Origin: Octopus vulgaris
Taxonomy: Eukaryota
Assembly (NCBI GenBank): GCA_951406725.2
Contig: OX597820.1
Span: 127,410,001-127,474,000, forward strand
Length of the DNA stretch: 64,000 nucleotides
Direction of reading: 5' to 3'
Below are positions 26,580 through 41,023 of the stretch, piece by piece; position 1 is the stretch's first letter; each line of letters opens with the position of its first letter. The notes below the pieces were generated by a model. It saw only the letters and a program-made list of their open reading frames with translations. It was not told the origin of the DNA and ran no database searches. Position numbers and translations under genes: made by a program.

Positions 26580-27476
26580 TTCACATGAAAGCATGATTTA
26601 GTGAAATGACTTCATTACAATACTAGACCATATTTTATCTGTTCTGGCTTAATTAGATGCTAATTAACAATAACACAATACGGTTGATTCAGTTGGAATG
26701 TAAGTATGGAAAACTTTGAAACCGGCACTGTTAGTTAACAAAATTATTCGTTATTTATAACGCAGTATATTTCTTTCCTGCATTACATATTTTTAGAGAC
26801 ATAACTACAGTTTGGTGCCCCACTCCAACCTTGTTTTCTAATAGCTTTCTTAAAAGTTTGGAGTTGTACTTGCCAGGCAAATGATTTGCAAGGAAAACAT
26901 GTTAGTCATTCAAAAACACACAAAGGCTGTTCGCTTTGTTATTGGTTATATGGGGGGGGGGGCAAAATTTTCGTCGCACAAACTGCTACCTGGTCGCTAA
27001 CTAGGAGGCATCGCTTCTTAAAATTGCGTATTGGAGATACGTTTTCGATACATTCCGATTATTCTTTTCCTTGTTTCAATCATTTGACTGCGGCCGTGCT
27101 GGAGCACCGCCTTGAAATGTTTTATTCGAACGAACGAATCGACTCCAGGACTTATTTCTTAAGCTTAGTACTTATTCTAACGGTGTCTTTTGCCGAACCG
27201 CTAAGTTACGGGGACATAAAAACACCAACACCGGTTGCCAAGCGGTGATGGGGGACACACAGACACACACATGTATATATAGAAAATGAGTGGTTTAGTT
27301 CACTGGTGATCTAAACGAATAGGTACGATGAGTAAGTGCTATAATTGGTGGTCTGCTAGGTTCCAGGTTCACAGCTGAGGCTGGATCTAGGCTTCCGAGT
27401 TAGCTGGTATATTTTATACTAGAGGAAAAAGGACCACAAAAACCAAAGCAGGACAGGTATCATACATACTCACCTT

Positions 27477-27552
27477 GTCTCTGATGATGGTTTACCCTGT
27501 ATATGAACATGCTAGCTTATCACTTGGGACATCCCAGAAACAGCTGTAAGAC
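27477..27552 (+). ncRNA. Minimal type I hammerhead ribozyme motif (Penelope pLTR type)
   Basis: GTCT-CTGATGA-TGG..(43 nt)..CCA-GAAAC-AGCT-GTA-AGAC. Stem I GTCT/AGAC, intact core, palindromic loop III, GUA cleavage triplet. Confidence 0.65.
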
Positions 27553-27782
27553 TTCAAATTCACCTTACCCTAATTAAATATTCCAAATGACTTGAGATTC
27601 CTCTCCTGCCTTGGTTTTTTTCTGTCCCTTTTCCACTAATATAAAACACGCATAATCAAGCCAAAAACCTGTAATCCTTTCAGGGGTGTTTGCATCCTAG
27701 TTCTTCGGTTTATACTAGTGTTCAGTGGAAGCTAAATACTTTAGTTTTGCATTGACGTATTTTGGTATTTAAACGTTTATGA

Positions 27783-28035
27783 ATGAGAAAAAAGAAAAAA
27801 ATGCAGAAATTGACATCAGTTTATTCAAAGATATTCCAGTTAATATAGAAATGAATTTTTTATCCCTACAGCCGTTTCCATACCTAATTAGTTCATTTTA
27901 ATTTAATGTCTCTAATTGAACTAATTGGGTATGGAAACAGCTGTAGGGATAAAAATTTCATTTTATATCAACTGGAATATTTTTGAATAAACTGATATCA
28001 ATACGTCACTTTCTCCGTTTTCTTCTTTTCCTCAT
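27783..28035. repeat. Fold-back (~110-bp arms) containing the 3' half of a hammerhead motif
   Basis: About 27783-27895 is the reverse complement of about 27917-28035. Contains GGAAACAGCTGTAGGGAT. Confidence 0.8.
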
Positions 28036-29860
28036 ATATGTGTGTGTGTGTGTGTGTGTGTGTACATACATGCATACACGACGGGTTTCTTTCAGTTTCA
28101 GTCTACCAAATCCACTCACAAGGCTTTGGTCGGTCTGAGGCTATAGCAGAACACACTTGCTCAAGGTGCCACGCAGTGGGACTGAACCCGGAACTATGAG
28201 GTTGGGAAACAAGTTTCTTACCGCACAGCCACTCCTTTAGGGCAATAAATTTTTTTAGAAATTATATTGGACAAAATTTGGACCTTTCTCCGACCTGATT
28301 GCCTCCTTATAACTCCCTTTAAAATGTATATTTCTAAATAAAGTTTTACAGTGACGTTTTCAGAGATGATCTGAAAATCATATAAAAAGATGTTTTTTTT
28401 AAAATTTATACCAACATAATTGTAAACTAAATCTTAGAAAACGTATCTCGGCAAAATTTCATTGAAAAGATTCGTTTTAAAGGAATATATGAGGAATCAG
28501 CGCCGAGGAGAGGAATTATCCCAAAGTGAGTGAAACTGTTTTTAATCTTTATCAAAATAATTGTTATGTACACACTCGTAACTTGGCAAAATTTTCATTT
28601 AAAATTAGGTATTTTAAAAGAAGTTGTAAGAGAATAGTCGTCGTGGGGTACCTAACTGAAGTTATGCTTTTTTTTTTTAGGCAGCTGAATCAAACTTTTT
28701 CATATTTTAAAAACAATATACTATTTTTTTTACGCTTACTTTTGTCCCATATTGTGCGTCTCCTTAATAAGCCTCTCTCTCTACTTCACTACTTCCACAA
28801 CTACAGTGAAGCCCACTCTTCGCTGAGGAGGGAGTCTAATAATATCAAAACATACCCTGAGTTGTCTTCCGTGCTTGTCGAAATGATTAAATTGTCATTT
28901 ACCTAAAGTTGTCGTTTCGTCACAGCGAATTTTAAAAATTATTTAATGGTCACAACATCAAATATGCTCACACTAACTTAAGCTATTTCATAATTAAAGG
29001 GTTATTTCAACATTAACCAAAGCTATTTAATAGTTGGAGGATTATAAGGGACAATATATTATCAGCGAATACATATCGTTTAACATTCGGTTAGTTCTTT
29101 AGTACTCTATATAGACTGTCTATTACCCCGTATATACTCGGACATCTATATTTTCTGGGCATTCTTGCTCCTCATACAAGATTTAGCCTGGTACTAGTGG
29201 AAATAAATTATTCCGATTTGCATTATCCCAGGCTTCAGTCGATAGCCCAATTTCAAACATCAAATGGAAAGCCTTATCTTATTCATAGATTATATGTGGT
29301 CGATCAACATGTTGGAAATAGCAACCAAATCTCCCTTAAACCACACTCTACCGTTTTATAAGAAAGGCACGTTTCATAAGCATGTTAATCTTAGCTACTT
29401 CTAAAAGGACTGGATTGTTGTGATTGGAATATCACTGATCTGTTTGATCAGTGTAGACCTGAGATTTAATAGTTTCTAGAATGATTTGATCTCGTAAACC
29501 AAATACATTTAGTCGAGCACTTTACTGTCGAGGTCATCCCTGACTCCGTAAATGGAAGACTTAGGGAACTGATTGGCAGAATCGACTGAACATTGGATAG
29601 ATTGTTTTGTGGTTATAGTGAGGCACCTACTGAAATTTAAACTACCATACTACCATAAAAGGCAAGTCCAGTTGCGAAAAATTAATTGTATCGTTACAGA
29701 AGGTATAAATTCCACCACGAACATGGCTCCATCAGTCAGATCGGCTGGCGTGTAACAAAGTGAGATGGAATCTTCCTGCCAAAGAGTCTAGTCGAACTTT
29801 CTAGAAACTCCGCTGGGCATTATAAAAGATGGAATTTTGAACTCCTAGATAAAACGATAT

Positions 29861-30090
29861 CTGTTTCTTTACTACCCACAAGGGGCTAAACATAGAGGGG
29901 ACAAACAAGGACAGACAAACGGATTAAGTCGATTACATCGACTCCAGTGCGTAACTGGTACTTAATTTATCGACCCTGAAAGGATGAAAGGCAAAGTCGA
30001 CCTCGGCGGAATTTGAACTCAGAACGTAACGGCAGAGGAAATACGGCTACGCATTTCGCTCGGCGTGCTAACGGTTCTGCCAGCTCGCCG
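29861..30090 (-). mobile_element. Family B SINE (Meta core)
   Basis: Near-identical to 39633-39863. Confidence 0.9.
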
Positions 30091-30469
30091 AAAACGATAT
30101 CTGGCGCTACACAGAACTATGTTCCTCAGTTCCCTGAAAGGTCTCAGACGAGTGTCCAATAATGGTCGAAAATCGATTAAGGTTATTCGTTTTTTCAATC
30201 TTCGGGGCAATAAATTTGATACGTTTGTAAAGCAAATACCATCATGAGCGATGTCCAGGCTACAGAGTAGAAGGCAAGCCACTGGATTGGGTTAAAAAGA
30301 GACGATAAACAATGTCTGGAAGAATATTGAGTGAAGCCTAGTAACCAGTCGATCTGGTAGGTGGGGCCTTATTTCGGTAGGAATGGCGGAAGTACAATAA
30401 TTCCGTCGAGAGGAAGGTCCCGAAATGGCGCGCACGCCTTCCTGATGACCCATAAGCCGGCTAATGTCC

Positions 30470-30654
30470 AGTGTACTTTACACACTCCCACATAATATGA
30501 CAATTAAAGGAATGAGAATCGTCTCTTTTCCAAGTTTCCTGGACCGTTCTAGAGAAAGCAGCGACACACAGACACGGAGCGGCGCAAAGGTGTGCAATGG
30601 AGTGTAATTTATGCTTAAGTGAGAAATTTTTCATCCTCTTTCAGGAGAAAAACG

Positions 30655-30655
<1 letters not shown>
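30470..30655 (+). mobile_element. Penelope GIY-YIG C-terminal remnant
   Basis: WTVLEKA...[12 protein letters not shown] matches the W.IL..A......C.LC..E pattern of the other two Penelope-like copies. Confidence 0.6.
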
Positions 30656-30720
<65 letters not shown>

Positions 30721-30859
30721 GTGTATATATATATATATGTGTGTGTGTGTGTATGTATATATATATATACATGTATATATATATATGTGTTTGTATGTGT
30801 GTGTATATATATATATATATATACATGTGTATATATATATGTGTGTGTGTGTGCGTGTG

Positions 30860-30904
<45 letters not shown>

Positions 30905-30907
30905 GCA

Positions 30908-31307
30908 GGCGCAGGAGTGGCTGTGTGGTAAGTAGCTTGCTTACCAACCACATGGTTGCGGGTTCAGTCCCACTGCGTGGCATCTTGGGCAAGTGTCTTC
31001 TGCTATAGCCCCGGGCCGACCAATGCCTTGTGAGTGGATTTGGTAGACGGAAACTGAAAGAAGCCTGTCGTATATATGTATATATATATGTGTGTGTGTG
31101 TCTGTGTTTGTCCCCCTAGCATTGCTTGACAACCGATGCTGGTGTGTTTACGTCCCCGTCACTTAGCGGTTCGGCAAAAGAGACCGATAGAATAAGTACT
31201 GGGCTTACAAAGAATAAGTCCCGGGGTCGATTTGATCGACTAAAGGCGGTGCCCCAGCATGGCCGCAGTCAAATGACTGAAACAAGTAAAAGAGAAAAAG
31301 AGAGAAA
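30908..31307 (+). mobile_element. Family A SINE
   Basis: Full-length copy, flanked upstream by a long (TA)n/(TG)n tract. Confidence 0.9.
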
Positions 31308-31319
31308 GATATATATAAA

Positions 31320-31650
31320 GGCGCATGGCTCAGTGGTTAGAGCGTCGAGCTTACGATCGTGAGGTTGTGAGCTCGAATCCCGGACCGGGCTGCGTGTTGT
31401 GTTCTCGAGCAAGGCACTTTATTTTACGTTGCTCCAGTTCACTCAGCTGTAGAAATGAGTAGCGACGTCACTGGTGCCAAGCTGTATCGACCTTTGTCTT
31501 TCCCTTGGATAACACTGGTGGCGTGGAGAGGGGAGGCTGGTATGCATGGGCGACTGCTGGCCTTCCGTAAACAACCTTGCCCGGACTTGTGTCTAGGAGG
31601 GTAACTTTCTAGGTGCAAACCCATGGTCATTCATGACCGAAGGGGGTCTT
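31320..31650 (+). mobile_element. tRNA-derived SINE (family C)
   Basis: Head ggcgcatggctcagtggttagagcg...tcgaatccc and tail catgaccgaagggggtctt. Inverted copies at 48352-48664 and partially at 14448-14635. Confidence 0.85.
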
Positions 31651-31683
31651 TATATATATACATGTATATATATATATGTGTGT

Positions 31684-33010
<1,327 letters not shown>

Positions 33011-33039
33011 TATATATATATATATATATTAATATATAT

Positions 33040-35026
33040 ATACAAAATAAGAAAATGGAGAAATACATCCAAATCAAATATCAATTACCAGATAATACCC
33101 AATCACATACTTTATTAAACCACCACATAAGAAACTTTAAGGTCAAACATAATAATATAGAACAAAACAGTGTACATAAAGGAGTAATGTGATGCAATAA
33201 GTACAATATGTATAAGAGAATATAAATTTAAGTAAATATAAATATAAATATAAATATAAACTACATCTTACAACTGTTTCGGCCATGCAGATAAGTATGT
33301 CTCTTTTTACTTATATTAGCCATTTATGGTAGGTCAATATGTAGTTATAAATGAGACATTTACAAAAATATCCTAAGGCCTCTTCGGAAATTATGTGATA
33401 CAAATCAGATTACATATACACTTATATAGGTGTGGGTACATACCCATAATAAAACATATACATATAAATATACATATACATAATAATATAAATAATATAA
33501 ATTAATAAACATACATATGTTCCACATTCAATGTTACAGTTTTTCAACTTAATATTGTGATATTACAATGTAGAAAACATACACATATTAATATTAATAC
33601 CCAAATGCAGATATACAGAGTCAAGAGTACATTTTATTAATTCTTATTAATTTCCAAAATGTCATTAATGTTAGCATCATTACCATTATCATTACCACTA
33701 ATGCTACCAATATCATCATTCTTATTATTATTAATAACGCTAATACTAGTAAAACAATACATAGATTCCATTATTAGCAATATAGTCACAATAGTACTAC
33801 AATACCATGCAAAGCATTAAATATCTGCATATACATACAAAATATGAAATAAAAGCATTCTGTTTACACGACATTAAGATCCACAGGTGCACAGATGTGC
33901 GTCCGAGTTCAAATTTATAATTTTCATTGTGACACAAATACACTATTACTTTCAGAAATAGTTACGAATCTAGCGCTAAAATATGATTGGCTTGTGGATT
34001 TGAATTTAAATTACCATTGTCTTTCTTGCGGTTGGTTTGTTGAGAGCGTTACATTTCTACTAAACCAGCTTAGGCATGGGAAAACTATACCAACATTTAT
34101 ACACACACACACACATACACACGCACATCCGCACATATACATAAAAATATACACTCTCATGCACTGTGTCTGCAAACATTCGCATATACATATATACACA
34201 TTTAAATATGCATTTGCGTGCTCATACGTATAAGAAAAACATATACATATATATCCAACTATGAATATACATATCCATACAAAAACATACATACACATAT
34301 ATATACATATGAACACATTTCGATATATCCACATATATTTACTAAATTACAAAATATATGCCTGTCATCAAATGGCGTATAAATAAACCAGCACAGGCAA
34401 GGGAAAGCTATAGCAACATTTATACACTCACACACATACTCACACGCACATCCGCACATATCTATAAACATTTATACACTCTCATACACTGTGTCTGCAA
34501 ACATTCGCATATACATATATACATATTTAAATATATATCTGCGTACTCATACGTATAAGAAAAACATATATATATATCCATCCAGGAATACACATATACA
34601 TACAAAAACATACATACACATATATATACATATGAACACATTTCGACCTATAAACATTTATACACTCTCATGTACTGTGTCTGGAAACATTCGCATATAC
34701 ATACATACATATTTAAATACGTACTTGCGTACTCATATGTATAAGAAAAACATATACATATATATCCATCTATGAATATACATATACATACAAAAACATA
34801 CATACACATACATATGAACACATTTCGACATATCCACCTATATTTACTAAATTACAAAATATATGTCTGCCCATCAAAGGACGTATAAATACATACACAA
34901 TAAGTAAACAGAAATTACTATTAATTAAGATATAAGTAAATTAATTATAAATTAATAAGTGCCAAAAAAAGAATGAATGAATAAATAAATAAATGAATAA
35001 AAATACAAATACAAATAAATAAATAG

Positions 35027-35061
<35 letters not shown>

Positions 35062-35097
35062 CAGTAATAATAAAGGGTGAAATTAATTAATTTGGAA

Positions 35098-35160
<63 letters not shown>

Positions 35161-36347
35161 AGATAAATAGATAAATAAAATAAAATACAAATTAAGATGA
35201 GTACAAAGATAAACTTAATATATGAGGCTGCCAAACAAATACACGCAAAAAACGTATATGCTCATCGAAATAAACAACGTATACTAATTATAGACTCACA
35301 TTTGTTACATATTGGTATAACAAACACCCAAACCAGTGCCCTAAGATATGATGCGCATATACACCCTACACCCATGGAAGACTCTGTGAAGATCAGAATA
35401 TCATGCATATATCAGAATAACTATATATTTCAGTATATTTTTCAAGCCGGGGCAAAAACAATCAATATAGAACATATATATGGAGATACGAAATTATAAA
35501 TTATAAGGACCGATAGTACAGTCCTATATAGAGGAATGTTAAAAGATTACTGGTAAAAAAATTCGGTGCTATTTAAATCTAGAGAAAGTATACGTTAATT
35601 TGTGAAGGCAAAAAAAAATTTCGCTCGTTAGCCTTGATGATGAAGAAAATTTCATTGATACATAAAGAGCATTTTTTATTTCTTCCATTGTATACAGGTG
35701 CAGATGTTAGTATTTCCCAATCTAATTTAAAATCTATGTTCTTACTCTTGAGTTCCCAGATATACGTACTTAACCCCGTAGAATTCATCCTATTTTTATT
35801 TTTAAAAGTATATCTATGATAGTTTAGCCGTTGTTTTATACTATTTTTAGTCGCACCAATGTGCACCCTACTATTATATTGTGTATTTACAGTGCATTGA
35901 TAAACTACCTCTTTCCTCAGGCATTCATTACCAAACACACATTGATTCCTGCTTCTGCAATTGCAGCTATTAACAGATATTTACTTATATTTATATTCTC
36001 TTATACATATTGTACTTATTGTATCACATTACTCCTTTATGTACACTGTTTTGTTCTATATTATTATGTTTGACCTTAAAGTTTCTTATGTGATGGTTTA
36101 ATAAAGTATGTGATTGGGTATTATCTGGTAATTGATATTTGATTTGGATGTATTTCTCCATTTTCTTATTTTGTATTATGAATTTGTGGTAAAACATTTT
36201 ACCTTTGCCCATATAATACAGTAAATGAAATAATTGCATCGCAATTCTTAAAATTTATGTATTAACTTTGTTGGGTACTTCACTAGCAGTATATTGGATA
36301 TATGTTATCCCATGGAGGGTTGCATTTACAACCCCTATCTCAATTTG
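33040..36347 (-). mobile_element. 5'-truncated Penelope-like element copy 2 (GIY-YIG, long 3' region, inverted pLTR arm)
   Basis: Minus frame about 35965-35579: NCRSRNQCVFGNECL...VVYQC...HIGAT...KQRLNYH..TF...TGLSTYIWELK...WEIL...CSLC. 35985-36347 duplicates 32650-33010. Confidence 0.85.
34060..34890. repeat. About three degenerate tandem copies of a 200-320 bp AC/AT-rich unit
   Basis: Repeated tacactctcat.cactgtgtctg.aaacattcgcatatac...taagaaaaacatata...atgaacacatttcga. Confidence 0.8.
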
Positions 36348-36384
36348 TATATATATATATGGTATTCTTATATAAGCTTGAAGC

Positions 36385-36568
36385 TTATGGCAATCACCGT
36401 GCAATGACTAAGGAAAATAGTCTAATAAAGGGACATGTAAGCCCTTGACAGAAAAAAAGAAGACTTTCCTATCCGTGTGGGATAGAAAAGCCTTCTTTTT
36501 TCTGTCGAGGGCTTGTATGCTCCTTTATTAGATTATTTTCCTTAGTCATTGCACGGTGATCGCCATAA
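36385..36568. repeat. Near-perfect palindrome (~90-bp arms, ~6-nt loop)
   Basis: ttatggcaatcaccgtgcaatgactaaggaaaata...ctatcc gtgtg ggatag...tattttccttagtcattgcacggtgatcgccataa. Confidence 0.85.
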
Positions 36569-36840
36569 TGATATAAAAATATCATTATTATTTACAAGAT
36601 TGTAAAACACGGCACCGCATAAAAAAAAAACATTCGCACCGAAAGCATGTATGTATGTATGTATGTATGTATGTATGTATGTATGTATGTATGTATGTAT
36701 GTATGTATGTGTGTATGTATGTATGTATGTATGTATGTATGTATGTATGGATGGATGGATGGATGGATGCTAAACTATATATCGTCAATAGTTCATATAT
36801 CTGAAAAAAGAAGCACACTCTAAAACATTAGAGCAATGAT

Positions 36841-37622
36841 ATATTTTTTGAAGGTTGTTTGTGATGGTCGATTAGAGAGTGACCATCGATTTCGTACATA
36901 TCAGAGACACGTCAGACTGAAACGGTCGGAGGCACAGTTGTGTGCCTGCAACTATTTCAGTTTGACGAGTCGCCTATACGACGTAGAGATTTATGGGTGC
37001 AAAACAGGTCAAACTAAAGTGTTTGATCCGAGCAAAAAAAAATTTTTTAATAGTGCAATAAGTGTAGAACAACATGTAAGCAGACGAATATGAAAAAAGA
37101 AATGCGCGCTGGCGAATGTGGGCCGCCGGAGGAGAGGACTCGGAAAATTCACATCGAGAATGTTCCGAGTCTTCTTACCACTTCCCCGTCAGTCGGCGAA
37201 TTTATTTACTTCATCTTCGTTTACTAAACATTATTTTACACCCAGCACACTATTTTCCCCCCCACTTTTGTGACCGGGTCTTAACGTTGAATTTTCAGAG
37301 GATTTCCCCTCCCCCCCCCCCCGTTCGCCAGCGCGCATTGTTTTTGTTTTTTTTTTCATATTCATTTACTACATGTTTTACACCTATTACACTATTTAAA
37401 AAAATTTTGTGACCGGGTGTTAACGTTGAGTTTTCGGATCTTGTAGATTGATCGCGTGAATTTTCCGAGTCGTCTCTCCCTCACCCCACGTTCGCCAGCG
37501 CGCATTCTTTTTTTACATTCGGTTACTACATGTTCTATACATATTGCCCTTTTTTTTCCTTGGGACCGCAAAACCAATGTTCACTCTCTGACCGACCATA
37601 ACAAACAATTTTCCAAAAATAT
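36841..37622. mobile_element. Non-autonomous DNA transposon (MITE) with ~40-bp TIRs and internal inverted/direct repeats
   Basis: TIR ttgtttgtgatggtcgattagagagtga / tcactctctgaccgaccataacaaacaa. Internal atgcgcgctggcgaa versus ttcgccagcgcgcat (twice). Confidence 0.7.
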
Positions 37623-38070
37623 GTGTGTATATGTACACACACACACACACACACACACACATTTTTAAAGCCACCCAAGTACAGATCGTTGGACAGTACT
37701 ACAGGGAAAGAAAATTAAGATGAATGGGGAGAAAACTATAAAATAAAAAAGCTTAGTTAAATGAGAAAATGAACAAGGTATGAAAGATTTTCATGATCAA
37801 AAGTGTTGGAACTGTAGTTTTTGATTTCATTGTTGTTTAGCCCCCCCCCACCCACCCCCATCTGTTTTGATCGAGCAAATTTATGATGAAAGTCGTTCCG
37901 GCTGTGGCTATCCTGCCTTAATCCGATGGATAAAAATCCCGAACCACATTCTTCAATGAATGATTTTCCGAAACGCTGATGCGATTTGAAGATTTGGCGA
38001 CTGGTAAGATAGTGATGTGGTTGCTGCCGAAGTTGGTTTCGATTTATTAAACTCATAGTGGTCCTTAATT

Positions 38071-38124
<54 letters not shown>

Positions 38125-38215
38125 AGACAGAGACAGAGACAGAGAGAGAGACAGAGACACAGAGAGAGAGAGTGTGTGTGTGTGTGTATGAGAGAGTATG
38201 AAAGAGTGTGTATGA

Positions 38216-38248
<33 letters not shown>

Positions 38249-38662
38249 CAGCAGTAGTAGTATATGGATGCGAGTGGATATGTGTGATAAATAATTTGTA
38301 CGTTAATAATCCTTTTGTTTGAATGCACGTCATAATGTTAGTCAAATTCAATGTATATATTTTATAGTAGAAAGATTTTGGCTACTCATACACAGTATTT
38401 ATATGAAGCAATTACACTTTTCCAACTCACATGTGAGATTGCCGTATTTCTTTCTAACTAATATTCGGAATACTCTCCCCAAATATATTCCCTCAGCCAT
38501 GATGTGAATAGAGAATGGGGAAATAACTGGGAAAGTCTGAAGCCTCGACAGAGTCACTCTACCTTGGAGGAAATAGTAGCCACATGTTCCCCAAACCACG
38601 TTACATATTTTTTCTTTGTTTTATTTATCCATTTTTTAAAAGCCCAATGGATAACGTAGTAT

Positions 38663-38879
38663 TATGATCTTTTCGCTTTGACCGGCAGATTTTTTTAATA
38701 ATTTCCATGTAACTAAACACTTTATTGAAGAAAATATCTTAGAAACTACAGAATTTTCTCAAGAAAGCCAAGAGAAAAAGATGTTTTATAAACACATTCT
38801 ACCAATATAAGAAGTTTATAATGTTTCAGTTACATGGAAATTATTTTAAAAATCTGCCGGTCAAAGCGAAAAGATCCTA
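38663..38879. mobile_element. MITE with ~55-bp TIRs
   Basis: gatcttttcgctttgaccggcagattttt...taatttccatgtaact / agttacatggaaatta...aaaaatctgccggtcaaagcgaaaagatc. Confidence 0.85.
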
Positions 38880-39632
38880 GTATTAGATACACTGTGACTG
38901 AATTAAAGACGAGATAGTCGTGTCGTGGCTGGATTGCTTTTTACTATATGTTTGCTCGATCAGAGCCGGCCTGGGGCTAAACAGCATTAACGGGGACATA
39001 ACTAGTTCAGTTTATTTATTAATTGTTTTTATCTTGCTCGCAAGGTTTGCTGTTGGTTGTTTAATCAAGTTACATCCATGCCACTTGACGGGAAAATAAG
39101 AGAGATATATGCAAAAATTAAAGAAGGCAGGTCTTTGAAAAAGTATTGTGATGTGATATGAGGTCTGTGAAGATCTGAAGATGTGTGGTTTCAGGTTTTC
39201 TTTTCTCAGTATCTCAAAACTCACCTTGTTTTTCATTTTAACAACCGTTTTCGATCCGATTGGTTATTAAGCAATTAAAAGACAAAGAAAACAATACACA
39301 AAAACGAAAGCTGTAGTAAAGTCGATGTGATTATATTTGACATAGTGAGCTAAGATAATTTTAATTAAATTTACATCCACAGACAGTCAGAAGTAATTAA
39401 AACAAAGTCCTCCGTGCGATGATTAATCGTAGGCAAGGGAGACTACTGAAATTTAAGTGAAAAATTAATATTGTGTCAGGTTTAGTAATGAGAGACAGAT
39501 TTTTGTTAATTAACAGAATTTTGGATTTGTTTCAGTTTTATTACACTTCCACAGTTAATCAGAGTTTAACCAATAATGCTGATTATAAAATAAACGTAGT
39601 TGTGTGTGTGTGAGCGAGTATATGTATATATA

Positions 39633-39863
39633 TTTCTTTTACTACCCACAAGGGACTAAACATAGAGGGGACAAACAAGGACAGACAAACGGATTAAGTC
39701 GATTACATCGACTCCAGTGCGTAACTGGTACTTAATTTATCGACCTCGAAAGGATGAAAGACAAAGTCGACCTCGGCGGAATTTGAACTCAGAACGTAGC
39801 GGCAGACGAAATACGGCTACGCATTTCGCCCGGCGTGCTAACGTGTCTGCCAGCTCGCCGCCT
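39633..39863 (-). mobile_element. Family B SINE (Meta core)
   Basis: Full-length copy after a (TG)/(TA) tract. Confidence 0.9.
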
Positions 39864-40923
39864 TGGGTGTTTATAGTAATATAATTAAAGTGGGGAATAC
39901 GTTGTTCAAAGAGAATCTCTTAGCTTCGACGGAAGCACAACATCATTACATTATAATCTAGCAAATCCCACGATTTGTCCGTTCACCATCAAAGCATCTA
40001 ATGGCATACAAAACAGAATAATACATCGATAGTTAAGACGACATGCAAACAGGTTAGCAAAAAACAGACTGACAGACAAACATGCAGGCAGGCAAGCAGA
40101 AAGGTAGATAGAGAAGACAAATTGTGAGAGTGGGGCAAACTGAATAGCACGCCAAATTTAGTCTTGGAGACAAAAAAACTATTTATATTTAAAGATAAGA
40201 AGGTAAAACATGGCCGTAGGTTTCAAAAAGTGACCGGATGTGTAAAGTTAATGGATTTAAGTCATAAGTTTTATAGATTTTTGGAACTATGGCACTGATT
40301 AAATAGCTGTTTTGAATCTTTTAGTGGAACTCTTTCGAAAACTTGTTTTAATCCTTTGTCTATCGTATGTGGTACACAGGACATATTTCTGCTGCACGTA
40401 TGCATCATATATGAGGTACATTCCCAATTTTTTTCAACCATCAGAATAATTTGGGACTTATGAAAGGAAAACGTTATATTGTTCAGAACGCATGAAATTA
40501 AGGCTAAGCGGCTGAAAACAAACATGGACGTTTTGGACGTGATTTGGTCAGGCAGACGGTGAAAAGTATGATCACTCGATAATGCATTTTAGGAATAAGG
40601 TAGGCAGTCCAGTAAGATTTTTCAGGAATGAGTATCTGATTTAACGAAGTATTTTGAAATCTGAAATGCGAGTGATATATGACTGGGTGTAGTAACAAGC
40701 CTTGGATACTCGATGGCTTTGTTAAAACTGTGTCAGTCTTAGCTAATGTGTTGTTGAGTTACTGATAATAATTTAATTAGCATTTCCAGTTTCTCCAACA
40801 AGTGAGTCACTGATAAGATAATCTGAACAAGGATAATTTCCGGTATGTAACTCTTCTAAATATAGATACCAAGTGAGTGAAAGAATTGGAACAAAAATTT
40901 GTGGTGTGTGTGTGTGTGTGTGT

Positions 40924-41002
<79 letters not shown>

Positions 41003-41023
41003 ATAATATACTACATACATATA

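Larger units (their letters stand above)
27055..28218 (-). mobile_element. Family A SINE whose central microsatellite is split by ~750 bp of inserted DNA
   Basis: Tail half at about 27055-27275 and head half at 28078-28218. The insert contains two fold-back elements. Confidence 0.8.

Noticed and set aside
31320-31390. tRNA-like sequence (also the heads at 22492, 30913 and 48600-48664)
   Set aside because: These are SINE heads with no proper acceptor stem, continuing into SINE bodies.
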